The notes: a model not told the origin generated them from the sequence alone. A stretch of 64,000 bases of DNA from Octopus sinensis (GCF_006345805.1 NW_021824831.1:1-64000), one strand, 5' to 3'; numbered from the stretch's first letter, positions 25,574 through 44,756 are shown. A program made the numbers and translations.

Positions 25574-26974
25574 GGTACTGTTGCATTTCATCCTGCACGA
25601 AAATAGCCTCTAAATGAATTAATGCAAATTTTTATGAATATTAAATCGAAAATTTAAATAATTGAACTATGCCGAATTTGTAAATTTTATTCTAATTTTT
25701 TTTTAAAAAAATTTAAATTTTGTACCGGCTTGTGGAGATGAATGATACAGTTGTCATGCGAAAATTTGCAAATCTGAAGGACTATGAACTTCCCCGTACT
25801 GAAATGGAGTCAGTTGCCTTCCTTCAAGAGGTTGGAATCTTTCCCAAAGAAAAAAAATGTCAAAACAGACATTTTATGACCCTTCTCCAACAGCAGGAGA
25901 ATACAACATGGGTGTGCTATAAAAGTGGGTGTCGAACATATAGTTCTATTAGAAACGGTAATAAGAGAGTACTTTATTTTTAGGTACGTGGCTCGAAGGC
26001 ACGAAAGTGACCTTACAGTCATGTATTCGCTTTATGTACATGTGGAGTTTCGACAGACACAGTATTTTATGGTGTCGCCGTCAACTGGAATGGAGCGGCC
26101 ATACAATTGGTAATTGGTCTCACTCCCTGCGAGAGGTTTGCGCATATTATTTAGCAAATCGTCCGAACACACTGATTGGTATTAGTGTTCCATTAGGTTG
26201 TTAGGTGGTATTGGCAAAGTTGTCCAAGTTGACGAATGCATGTTTTCTAAACGGGAAAACAATGCAGGACGGATTCTCCCTCAACAATGGGTGTTTGGGG
26301 GAATCTGTCGTGGAAGTAAAGACTGTTTCATCAAGATGGTTCCAGATCGCTCCAAAAGAACTCTAACCGCCGCAATACAGGAAAATATCGCACCGGGATC
26401 AGTGATACACACTGACAAATGGAAGGGTAATTCTACTTTATTCTTGCTAATAGGTTATTCACGCCAGATCTCAATGCTCTTGCTTATGTGCATAAGAGAC
26501 AAAGGGGGACCCCGCGTCACTTCATGGGTGCATATTTTGCAGGTATTAAATACTCCTAATACATTTATAGAATTTTTATGGAGAAGGCAAGTGAGCCATT
26601 TAGACAACTCCTTCGATGAGCTAATAGATGCCATCGTCAAATTTTGTCCGCCGAATATCACGCCTCGTACTACCAGCTGACCTTTTTTATTGTAATAAAG
26701 ATTTTTTCACTGAGGGAATGATGATAAGCATCTTTATTAACGAACAACTGTGTCTTTTTAGACAGGTGGTCGTTAATAGCTCAGATTTAATTTTGTCGGT
26801 ATTGTTTTGACACCACTAAGTCGGTAAAAAATTCAAATTTTTAAAAAAAAAATTAGAATAAAATTTACATAATCGGCATAGTTCAATTATTTAAATTTTC
26901 GATCTAATATTCATAAAAATTTGCATTAATTCATTTAGAGACTATTTTCGTGCAGGATGAAATGCAACAGTACC
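25574..26974 (+). mobile_element. Merlin (IS1016/ISXO2-like) DNA transposon; spliced transposase ~25738-26680 with an internal deletion
   Basis: Long (>100 bp) TIRs starting GGTACTGTTGCATTTCATCC; 8-bp TSD GTTTAATT (25566-25573, 26975-26982); motifs SIRNGTW, VQVDECMFSKR, QWVFGG, IHTDKWKGY, EFLWRR. Confidence 0.92.
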
Positions 26975-27599
26975 GTTTAATTAAATAAAATTTGATTTAA
27001 CCTCAGAAAATGTCATTTTAACCTAGAACTCTTTCTGATTTAGTTCATAGACCCGGAATTTAGTTCAGTTCAGAGTTCTGACACATCATAATAAACAAAA
27101 GTTAAAGTGAAATTTTTAATTCGCAACATTTACTGCCTTTAACCTTCTTTGTTTCTATTAATTTAAGGCATTCGTCTTTAAAAATTTTATTCCATTTCTC
27201 ACGACAGGATACTTTTAACTTCATTATATTTCTCGGTCTTCGTTTTTCTTCCTTTATTTTGAGGTTTTCCACAAGTTCTAAATTGGGGTTAAATCAGTTT
27301 TTGAGCGGACCCAGTTTTTAAATGGAGCACCAAAAAATTGCATAAATCATTTTATTTTATCTAGAAAATAGTTATAATATAAATTAAACCATGGTTAAAT
27401 ATTTTCTAAAACTGTTTCTGATTTTATCTTATCTCTCAAAACCAGCAAAACCTATTACAATGCTTTTTAAGTTTTAAAATAATGTTATTCAAATTGTGTC
27501 TAAAAAATTTGAAAACATTCGATTTTTTATTTAATATTTTTGAAATTAATGTTTTAATTAAATTCTAAAAATCAAATCTTGAAAGAACTGGTGGCCTAC

Positions 27600-28050
27600 G
27601 GCCGCGACATGCACCTCTGCTTCTCCCCGCACGCAGACAACCTCCTTAGCAAACGAAAAAAATTGAACATCCTCAGAACTCTATCCGGCTTATGGAAAAA
27701 CGAGTCACACCCAGTACTGGTGAATATCTACCGCCAATACTTCGAACCATCAATTGCCTACGCCTGCGGATCATGGGGTCGGCGTTTATTGTGGTCCAAC
27801 AGGAGGCGAATCGAAGAGGCATAACAAAGGGCCCTCAGATTAACCGATCGTTGGTCGCACGATAACGAACGCTTCTCTGGAAGACCTTATCAAGCTGAAT
27901 CTCGGTTCGTTAGCAAATGCCCCGTCAAAACGGCCTGCCGTCCGGTGCGATCTTGTGTGGGCTCTTAAAAAGATCACCGAGAGAAGATGAGGTCCCTGGT
28001 TGAGTGCATCGGGATCACGTGACTTTTGTTTGATTTTTATTGTGGTCTTG
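27600..28050 (+). mobile_element. Non-LTR (I/Jockey-like) RT C-terminal remnant
   Basis: LNILRTLSGLW...VLVNIYRQYFEPSIAYACGSW resembles the post-RT region of LINEs. Confidence 0.5.
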
Positions 28051-28198
28051 GCGGTTTAATCTTAATAATAAAATCGTATGGTGTGTGTCTGTCTGTCTGT
28101 GTGTCTGTCTGTCTGTGCACACCCACATTCAAATTGTTACAAACCAGATCAAATTGTCAAAACCTTCCCTTTTGTAGTTATTCGATAATGAGGCACAA

Positions 28199-28602
28199 GT
28201 TCGGCAAGTCTGCTTTCCCGTTTGAGTTCGGCAAGTCTCTGTTATGGGATGCGACGTGTTCAGACACTTTCTCGGAGCTCAACCTTCCTTCTTCAGCTGT
28301 CGAGCCTGGCTCAGTCTCTCGCAAAACCGAGAAGATGAAGATTGGAAAGTACAAGGAGCTCTCTGAACGGTATCTGTTCACTCCCATCGCCGTCGAGACT
28401 TCCGGCGTCATCGGCGAAAAGTCTCTTTCCTTTCTAAAAAAGCTTGGCCGCATGATCTCCCATAAACGGGGAGACCCACGCGAGTCCAAGTGGCTTTTCG
28501 AAAGGATTTCCTTGGCCATAGTACGTGGAAACTGTGTTTCCATTTACGATGCCGGGATTTAGTTAGTTAATAACTATTTGTTATTACATATAAAAAAAAA
28601 AA
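28199..28602 (+). mobile_element. 5'-truncated CRE-like non-LTR retroposon (REL C-terminus) inserted in the Helitron
   Basis: GKSLLWDATCSDT...KYKEL...FTPIAVETSG...ERISLAIVRGN; poly(A) tail; 12-bp TSD AATGAGGCACAA at 28187-28198 and 28603-28614. Confidence 0.88.
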
Positions 28603-28639
28603 AATGAGGCACAATAAAAGGTTGATATCCTCTAAGAAC

Positions 28640-31600
28640 CTTCCTGTCAAAAAATTTTAATAAGAAAGAATATCCTCGATGATGAGGTCCCCCAAAACCT
28701 TCAAGTCAATTTTCTGCGTTTTTGTTAAAATGAACAACAAGAAAGTCCTCGACTCACATGATGTGGTCCCCCAAAACCTTCAAGCCAAAAAAATTAAAAA
28801 AAATTATTTTCTGCGTTTTTGTTAAAATGAACAAGAAAGTCCTCGACTCACATGATGTGGTCCCCCAAAACCTTCAAGCCAAAAAATTAAAAAAAATTAT
28901 TTTCTGCGTTTTTGTTAAAATGAACAACAAGAAAGTCCTCGACTCACATGATGTGGTCCCCCAAAACCTTCAAGCCAAAAAATTAAAAAAAATTATTTTC
29001 TGCGTTTTTGTTAAAATGAACAACAAGAAAGTCCTCGACTCACATGATGTGGTCCCCCAAAACCTTCAAGCCAAAAAATTAAAAAAATTATTTTCTGCGT
29101 TTTTGTTAAAATGAACAACAAGAAAGTCCTCGACTCACATGATGTGGTCCCCCAAAACCTTCAAGCCAAAAAATTAAAAAAATTATTTTCTGCGTTTTTG
29201 TTAAAATGAACAACAAGAAAGTCCTCGACTCACATGATGTGGTCCCCCAAAACCTTCAAGCCAAAAAATTAAAAAAATTATTTTCTGCGTTTTTGTTAAA
29301 ATGAACAACAAGAAAGTCCTCGACTCACATGATGTGGTCCCCCAAAACCTTCAAGCCAAAAAATTAAAAAAAATTATTTTCTGCGTTTTTGTAAAAATGA
29401 ACAACAAGAAAGTCCTCGACTCACATGATGTGGTCCCCAAAACCTTCAAGCCAAAAAATTAAAAAAAATTATTTTCTGCGTTTTTGTTAAAATGAACAAC
29501 AAGAAAGTCCTCGACTCACATGATGTGGTCCCCCAAAACCTTCAAGCCAAAAAATTAAAAAAATTATTTTCTGCGTTTTTGTTAAAATGAACAACAAGAA
29601 AGTCCTCGACTCACATGATGTGGTCCCCCAAAACCTTCAAGCCAAAAAATTAAAAAAATTATTTTGTGCGTTTTGTTAAAATGAACAACAAGAAAGTCCT
29701 CGACTCACATGATGTGGTCCCCCAAAACCTTCAAGCCAAAAAATTAAAAAAAATTATTTTCTGCGTTTTTGTTAAAATGAACAACAAGAAAGTCCTCGAC
29801 TCACATGATGTGGTCCCCCAAAACCTTCAAGCCAAAAAATTAAAAAAAATTATTTTCTGCGTTTTTGTAAAATGAACAACAAGAAAGTCCTCGACTCACA
29901 TGATGTGGTCCCCAAAACCTTCAAGCCAAAAAATTAAAAAAAATTATTTTCTGCGTTTTTGTTAAAATGAACAACAAGAAAGTCCTCGACTCACATGATG
30001 TGGTCCCCCAAAACTTCAAGCCAAAAAATTAAAAAAAAATATTTTCTGCGTTTTGTTAAAATGAACAACAAAAGTCCTCGACTCACATGATGTGGTCCCC
30101 CAAAACCTTCAAGCCAAAAAATTAAAAAAAATTATTTTCTGCGTTTTTGTTAAAATGAACAACAAGAAAGTCCTCGACTCACATGATGTGGTCCCCCAAA
30201 ACCTTCAAGCCAAAAAATTAAAAAAATTATTTTCTGCGTTTTTGTTAAAATGAACAACAAGAAAGTCCTCGACTCACATGATGGTGGTCCCCCAAAACCT
30301 TCAAGCAAAAAATTAAAAAAATATTTTCTGCGTTTTTGTTAAATGAACAACAAGAAAGTCCTCGACTCACATGATGTGGTCCCCCAAAACCTTCAAGCCA
30401 AAAAATTAAAAAAAATTATTTTCTGCGTTTTGTTAAAGTGAACAACAAGAAAGTCCTCGACTCACATGATGTGGTCCCCCAAAACCTTCAAGCCAAAAAA
30501 TTAAAAAAAATTATTTTCTGCGTTTTTGTTAAAATGAACAACAAGAAAGTCCTCGACTCACATGATGTGTGTCCCCCAAAACTTCAAGCCAAAAAATTAA
30601 AAAAAATTATTTTCTGCGTTTTTGTAAAAATGAACAACAAGAAAGTCCTCGACTCACATGATGTGGTCCCCAAAACCTTCAAGCCAAAAAATTAAAAAAA
30701 AATATTTTCTGCGTTTGTTTAAAATGAACAACAAGAAAGTCCTCGACTCACATGATGTGGTCCCCCAAAACCTTCAAGCCAAAAAATTAAAAAAAATTAT
30801 TTTCTGCGTTTTTGTTAAAATGAACAACAAGAAAGTCCTCGACTCACATGATGTGGTCCCCCAAAACCTTCAAGCTAAAAAATTAAAAAAATTATTTTCT
30901 GCGTTTTTGTTAAAATGAACAACAAGAAAGTCCTCGACTCACATGATGTGGTCCCCCAAAACTTCAAGCCAAAAATTAAAAAAATTATTTTCTGCGTTTT
31001 TGTTAAAATGAACAACAAGAAAGTCCTCGACTCACATGATGTGGTCCCCAAAACCTTCAAGCTAAAAAATTAAAAAAATTATTTTCTGCGTTTTTGTTAA
31101 AATGAACAACAAGAAAGTCCTCGACTCACATGATGTGGTCCCCCAAAATCTTCAAGGTAAAAAATTAAAAAAATATTTTCTGCGTTTTGTTAAAATGAAC
31201 AACAAGAAGTCCTCGACTCACATGATGTGGTCCCCCAAAACCTTCAAGGTAAAAAATTAAAAAAATTATTTTCTGCGTTTTTGTTAAAATGAACAACAAG
31301 AAAGTCCTCGACTCACATGATGTGGTCCCCCAAAACTTTAAAGCCAAAAAATTAAAAAAATTATTTTCTGCGTTTTTGTTAAAATAAACAACAAGAAAGT
31401 CCTCGACTCACATGATGTGGTCCCCCAAAACCTTCAAGCCAAAAAATTAAAAAAATTATTTTCTGCGTTTTTGTTAAAATGAACAACAAGAAAGTCCTCG
31501 ACTCACATGATGTGGTCCCTCAAAACCTTCAAGCCAAAAAATTAAAAAAATTATTTTCTGCGTTTTTGTTAAAATGAACAACAAGAAAGTCCTCGACTCA

Positions 31601-31915
31601 CATGATGTGGTCCCTCAAAACCTTCAAGCCAAAAAATAAAAAAAATTATTTTCTGCGTTTTTGTTAAAATGAACAACAAGAAAGTCCTCGACTCACATGA
31701 TGTGGTCCCTCAAAACCTTCAAGCAAAAAAATTAAAAAAAATTATTTTCTGCGTTTTTGTAAAATGAACAACAAGAAAGTCCTCGACTCACATGATGTGG
31801 TCCCCCAAAACCTTCAAGCCCAAAAATTAAAAAAAAATATTTTCTGCGTTTTAGTTAAAATGAACGACAAGAAGTCCTCGACTCACATGATGAGGTTCCC
31901 CACAACCTTCAAGCC
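28640..31915 (+). repeat. Tandem satellite, ~96-bp unit, roughly 33 copies
   Basis: Unit aaaatgaacaacaagaaagtcctcgactcacatgatgtggtcccccaaaaccttcaagccaaaaaattaaaaaaaattattttctgcgtttttgtt; variation is mainly homopolymer length; edge units are more diverged. Confidence 0.97.
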
Positions 31916-32639
31916 TCGTGAGGCCATTAATTAGCTTAGCTATCTTTTTTCGATGACATAAATTCTTTTTTGTTAAATTTTCGTTAAAAAAATAAAATAA
32001 AAGCTCTAATTGTTATCGACCATGAATAGACTGTGCAATTATCAGATTTTGAAAACCACTAAAAAGGAAAAAGCAAAAATTATTAGAGATTTACATAATT
32101 GATTCTTTTTAACTGCCGAAACTGACAAATTCGATTATGCTACTGTTTAGATTTCTTAAAAGATAGAGGCAAATAAAATTTAAATTAGTCATGTAAATTT
32201 CAATTTGCCTATATTTAAATCTCCTTGATTTAACAGGCTTTAATTTTTTTCCTTATAATACTACAAAGATGAAGCTGATTATCATTTTCTTTACCGAAAC
32301 AGACAAGTTCGATTATGCTAAAGTTTCAATTCCTTTAAACATAGAGGCAATTAAGTATAATGGCTTTGATTGGATAATACACTTTACATAAATTTCACTA
32401 AATAAATTTACGTAGAAAATTTAATATAAATTACTGATTCGCGTTTACAAAATCATAAGAATGTCCTATAAAGAGAGATCTGAGAATGTTAACAAACAAG
32501 AGAATATGAACCATATAACAAAAAAAGAGAAACGAGGGAAGATGTGCTTAAATGGTGAGGGAACTTAGACAACAGCTGAACAAGGTCAGGACTGCTGTTA
32601 GACTCAACTACGGGTAATAGAATTATGCATTCTAGGTTA

Positions 32640-33433
32640 ATTGTTTGGGATGAATGTACGATGGCTCATAAAGGCGCATTCAAGCAGTTGACCGAACATA
32701 TAGAGATATCAAGAATTGTAGCGACCATTTGTTTGGGGGAGCATTAGTTGTATTGGCAGGTGATTTTAGACAGACGCTGCCAATTATTCAAAGAGGGACG
32801 CCTGCGGATGAATTGAATGCCTGCCTCAAATCGTCATATTTGTGGACACACGTGAAAAAGGTAAGCTTAGATGTAAATGTACATGCACATTTACAAGGCG
32901 TTAATAGCATATTCCCACAAATCCTTCTAGATATTGGAAATGGGGCAATCACTTCAGAAATGCACGACCAGAAAATTAGGCTACCGGAAGAATTATGTAT
33001 TTTCGTAGAAACAGCAGAAGAATTATTGAATGCCGTCTATTCCGAACTATCTGAACACTACGTGAATTTCGACTGGCTGCGTGAACGAGCTATATTAGCT
33101 TCACTTAATGATGAGGTACTTAATATAAATTTAGATTTATTAATGAAAATCCCTGGCAGAGAAAGAATATATAAATCGGTCGACGTTATTATGGACCATG
33201 AAAGGGCCTGCGATAGATTTAAGAGACTACAATTTCCGCTGAAGATAAGTTTTGCTATGACAATAAACAAGGCCCAGGGACAGTCTTTAAAGGTAGTAGG
33301 CTTATTTTTAGAGAACGAGTGCTTTTCACATGGCCAGCTGTATGTGGGGTGCTCAAGGGTAGGTAGAAGAGAAATTTATTTATATTTGCCAAGGATGGAC
33401 GGACTGCAAACATCGTTTATCCACAGGCCTTAG
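32640..33433 (+). pseudogene. Helitron Pif1-type helicase remnant (internally deleted), copy a
   Basis: IVWDECTMAH, FGGALVVLAGDFRQTLP, RAILAx[37 protein letters not shown]; deletion between IYKSVDV and FKRLQFP. Confidence 0.9.
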
Positions 33434-33789
33434 AATAAGGTTATATCAAAGCAGGTCGCATTTATATATCTACATAAATTTATAGTTATTTAAGGAAACT
33501 GCGAGCGTAGCGAGCAGGGCCTCCGCAGGAGCTAGCTCGCAGTGAGCGAAGCGAACTGCTGAGCTAGTTTAATATAAATTACTGATTCGCGTTTACAAAA
33601 TCATAAGAATGTCCTATAAAGAGAGATCTGAGAATGTTAACAAACAAGAGAATATGAACCATATAACAAAAAAAGAGAAACGAGGGAAGATGTGCTTAAA
33701 TGGTGAGGGAACTTAGACAACAGCTGAACAAGGTCAGGACTGCTGTTAGACTCAACTACGGGTAATAGAATTATGCATTCTAGGTTAAT

Positions 33790-34581
33790 TGTTTGGGATG
33801 AATGTACGATGGCTCATAAAGGCGCATTCAAGCAGTTGACCGAACATATAGAGATATCAAGAATTGTAGCGACCATTTGTTTGGGGGAGCATTAGTTGTA
33901 TTGGCAGGTGATTTTAGACAGACGCTGCCAATTATTCAAAGAGGGACGCCTGCGGATGAATTGAATGCCTGCCTCAAATCGTCATATTTGTGGACACACG
34001 TGAAAAAGGTAAGCTTAGATGTAAATGTACATGCACATTTACAAGGCGTTAATAGCATATTCCCACAAATCCTTCCAGATATTGGAAATGGGGCAATCAC
34101 TTCAGAAATGCACGACCAGAAAATTAGGCTACCGGAAGAATTATGTATTTTCGTAGAAACAGCAGAAGAATTATTGAATGCCGTCTATTCCGAACTATCT
34201 GAACACTACGTGAATTTCGACTGGCTGCGTGAACGAGCTATATTAGCTCCACTTAATGATGAGGTACTTAATATAAATTTAGATTTATTAATGAAAATCC
34301 CTGGCAGAGAAAGAATATATAAATCGGTCGACGTTATTATGGACCATGAAAGGGCCTGCGATAGATTTAAGAGACTACAATTTCCGCTGAAGATAAGTTT
34401 TGCTATGACAATAAACAAGGCCCAGGGACAGTCTTTAAAGGTAGTAGGCTTATTTTTAGAGAACGAGTGCTTTTCACATGGCCAGCTGTATGTGGGGTGC
34501 TCAAGGGTAGGTAGAAGAGAAATTTATTTATATTTGCCAAGGATGGACGGACTGCAAACATCGTTTATCCACAGGCCTTAG
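33790..34581 (+). pseudogene. Helitron helicase remnant, copy b (in the 1148-bp tandem duplication 32420-33567 / 33568-34715)
   Basis: ORF 33877-34581 differs from 32729-33433 at only two residues (L/P, S/P). Confidence 0.9.
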
Positions 34582-34959
34582 AATAAGGTTATATCAAAGC
34601 AGGTCGCATTTATATATCTACATAAATTTATAGTTATTTAAGGAAACTGCGAGCGTAGCGAGCAGGGCCTCCGCAGGAGCTAGCTCGCAGTGAGCGAAGC
34701 GAACTGCTGAGCTAGTAATAAATAAATAAAATCTTCAAAGAACTGGTCAATGAGGAACTTTCCTAACCAAGAAGGGTTTGATTTAAAAATTTAACTAGTC
34801 CTCAATGTGGCCTACGGCCGCGGCATTTGTTCCCATAAAGAACTTTATAAACTTACGTAAACTTTTTTATTCTAGAAATATTTAAAAATTCAATTGCTTC
34901 TGATGTTTTATGATATGATTTAAATTTTATAGGAGAAAAGCCAAAACTTTGATTTTAAA

Positions 34960-35200
34960 ACAACTTTAGTTCTAACTTAAATTCAAATCCAAACCCTAAC
35001 CATATTTTTACCCTAAACTCTAACATCAATCTGAACCTTATTGCTAACATCAAACAAACCCATTTTAAACCTTAACACAAAACCCATATTCTAACTCTAG
35101 TTCTAACCCTAGCTGTAAATCTAATCCATACACCATCACTAGTTCTAACTTTATTATGATCCCGACCTTGACACAAATCCTTCTCCTAACGTAAACTCCA
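34960..35200. repeat. Degenerate hexamer-periodic (CTAACC/CCCTAA-like) tract
   Basis: aaaccctaaccat, accctaaactctaac, tctaactctagttctaaccctagct. Confidence 0.45.
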
Positions 35201-35329
35201 GCTGATTATTATAAAATTTTATATGAATGACAGTAAAATAAAAGAAAATCTTTGATTTTTTTATTCGTGATTTTGAAAAAAAAGAACAAAATGTAAATAG
35301 ATCCCTTCAGTAAATAGCCAAAACCTTCC

Positions 35330-36060
35330 AAACTTTTTCCAGAGATTTGTTTAATTATCTCGAGGAGGATTCACAACAGTCGTGAAACGAGCAGACTTTT
35401 TGACGGATATTACTTGCAATATTACATGGAAATTGCATGTCCATCCCCTCGGTAGTAGCTGTTGTTGTTCATGAACGTCCTCTGAAAGCCGATTTTTCAT
35501 CTTTGTAATATGATTCCATTGGCTAGTAGCATAAGCATCTGAATCTAGTCTTAGTATGTGCCCGAATAGGCGTCAGCGAGCTTTGGTAATGTCTATAGTG
35601 ACGGATCTACCGTTACAAATATAGTATAGAGTAGAGTTTTTGATTTTCTTTCGTCAGTTGATTCCGAGAAAGTCTTAACTGTCTTCTGTGGAACGCATCA
35701 AGGGATTTTAATTCAACCTCAAATGCCCCTCATTTTCCTCCAATGTACAAAATTATAGGCTTAACAGAAGCATTGTATAACTTGGCACTTAAGGCTGTTC
35801 CAACCTTTCGGTTTCATAGCCATGTGGTGCGGAGATCTTTAAGTGCAACGGTCGGCCGCATTTTTCTCCTCATAATGTCTTCGCTATCTCCTAGGAGTGT
35901 TCTAACTTTTTTCGAGTTTTGCCATTTTTTTGTCTGTTCTGTTTGCCACCTGGTTGATTGTTACATACTCAGTTTTTCCATGTTCACTTTAAAGAACCAT
36001 TTTTCAAGTGGATTACGAGAAATGTTTAGCAGTTATTTGAGTGTCATCTTTTTTATCTAA
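35330..36060 (-). mobile_element. RTE-like non-LTR retroelement 3' remnant
   Basis: Reverse strand: KLYNASVKPIILY...LDAFHRRQLR...RLFGHILRL; a diverged part of its 3' region recurs at ~13560-13690 (+). Confidence 0.6.
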
Positions 36061-38375
36061 TTTTGTTAAATACGTTGATTAGATATGGAGAAGATGAAGA
36101 AAAGTCGCATCACTGCTTGGTAAACTAAACAAATTGATTATTTGATTTTACTCGGAAATTTTTTGGTAACCTGTGTGGATGGAAAAGACATTTCAAAAAG
36201 TATTATGAAAATTTAGATCTTTAAACAATCTATATATTGAGCCATTTTTAAACAATAAATTTTGAATAGCCAATTATAAATTTTCAAGAGCTCCTTATTT
36301 GCATTTGTGATTAATTAAAATGTTTAATATTATGTTACCGTCAATTTGCCAGGCCGTACTTTACATTTTAAAAATCAAACATATTATTTTAAATTATAAT
36401 GAATTAAAGATTGCATTTTTTATATATTTTTTAAAAATATAGTTTTTTTATTTTAATTAAATATTGTCCATCCCGCGGCATAAAATGAGTTGCTTGAGTC
36501 TGTCTTCCAGCGAAATGGAAATAATCAAACTTTTCAAAATGATGATTTATGATTATGACTGTCCTCAAATTCCTAAAAGACAAAAATATATTCTCAGAAA
36601 ATTGTCTGAGTATTTTTAAAGCTTGATTCTGTTTTAAGATTTTAACCCTATTAAGTTAATTATGATTTTGATATAATCTCCTTTAATAAAGGAATAAAAT
36701 AGTTTTAAAACTATCTTAAAATACTCTATCTACAATAAAAGAATTCTTTGCATTTTCTGATCGGATTTCAATAAAATTTCAATACATCATGGTATCAGAC
36801 CTGAATCCATTTAAAATATTTTTCATCATAAAGATTATTTTTCTTTTTCGCTCAGTTGGTAAAAATAAATTCAATCGTCTATTCCCAGATTCAATTGTAT
36901 TTTAGATCTTAGTCAAAATCAAGTACAAAATAATTTTTCACCGAAGTCTAATGAAAGCAAACTTAATTTTTCTGCCCGGGACTCTTAGTTATAAACATTC
37001 ATATTTCAGAATATTTATAACAATCTTCATTGAACTTTAACCATAGACTTGGCCTGACAACGTTATAGATATTTGAAACGTTTTTGGTTTTGTTAGTCAA
37101 TGAGCAATCAATGAGTGCTTTCCTTTCTAAAATATTTTATTTTGGACAATCGTAATTTTGTAATTTAATTTCTAAAGTCGAAATAAAACAAATGCATAAA
37201 TATGACTTTTTAAAAAATAAATTGTAAATTATTAATGAAGCTATCAGCAAAATAGGTGAACATAATTTAATATTTTGAAAATGAATTATCGAATCGTGAG
37301 TACACAGTTCAACTTTTATGTCATACAAGTTAGTTTAGAGTTTTACTGTTTACTAAAATTCAAGTTTTTACCATTGACTGAAAAATTAAATTAATAACAA
37401 ATGATTAAACAAAATCGATAACCACCTGTAATTTAAATATTTCTTTTATCTAAATAACCACATATTCAAAGGCTTTGTGCTGTGTTTATGAACACTGATT
37501 TAATTGAATTGCTTAAGAAAAACCAAAAACCCAAAAAGCAAAATATGTCCACTGATATACTTAATTAGTTCGTAATTGAATATCGCAATAATCATAATGA
37601 TAACAGAAAATAGACAAATAATCGAACGACAAGGCGGAGCCCTTAATTAGCGAATCGGTAAATTTTTGTCACGATGGAGTTTTTTAAACACTTCCTTTTT
37701 TGTTTCTGGTGGATTCCTCTAGATTACTCTGCATGGACTATTTTTAAAATCAGTCTCCTCTGTTTTAGAGGTGAAATGAGCATTTTGGTATCGTCCTTGA
37801 GGCCTATGACTGGATAATATTAATAGAATATAACTTACAGCTTATTATGTTAAAGGAACCCAAGATTATCTATAATACCATTTTATTGATCAATGTCGGT
37901 TTATAAAATAAGATATTTGTGGAAGGATCGATGTTAATTAAGCAGTATTGGCGAGATCAGAAAGACTATAAAGGCCAGTCTATGTTAATTTTCACGACAA
38001 ATAAGAAAAAAATTTTAGACTAAAAGAAATGGGCAAATTAAATATAACATTAGTAGGGAAATGATTACGTAATGTTATAAACATAAAAATATTTTTTATA
38101 GTTCAGGGCTGATTAAGATTATTATAATTCTAATATCTTGAAATAGTTTGGTAATCCCTTTTTAGCCACAATTTAATTGTGGTCGATTATATATCAAATT
38201 TTTGCCATTTTTTTGTAGATTGATTTGGAAATAACTTCAATCGGTAGGAACTTAATTAATATAAAAATAAAATCTTTACAATAACTCAATCTAAATTAAT
38301 ATTTATTAAATAAAATATAATTTAGTTTATAGATAAAAAACCAATAAAATAGCTCGTACTGGCAAATATTTTGTA

Positions 38376-44756
<6,381 letters not shown>

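Larger units (their letters stand above)
28060..34715 (+). mobile_element. Non-autonomous Helitron, copy 1 (5' TC, microsatellite, 96-bp satellite, Pif1-helicase remnant, duplicated 3' end)
   Basis: Starts A|TC at 28060 followed by TGTC microsatellite; ends with GC-rich hairpin and CTAG|T at 33564-33567 and again at 34712-34715; no TSD; no Rep/HUH domain seen. Confidence 0.88.

Noticed and set aside
260-26974. Bacterial IS630/IS1595 elements or bacterial contamination
   Set aside because: The Merlin has spliceosomal-type introns, the Tc1/pogo elements have eukaryotic motifs and TA TSDs, and all are interleaved with metazoan genes.
28640-31915. CRISPR array interpretation of the regular repeats (also 56752-58093)
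   Set aside because: Units are head-to-tail with no unique spacers, there are no cas genes, the context is eukaryotic, and the arrays lie inside Helitrons.
36100-38370. Coding potential in the AT-rich stretch upstream of myosin
   Set aside because: Only short ORFs without motifs; treated as intergenic or unrecognisably decayed. No promoter element could be supported.
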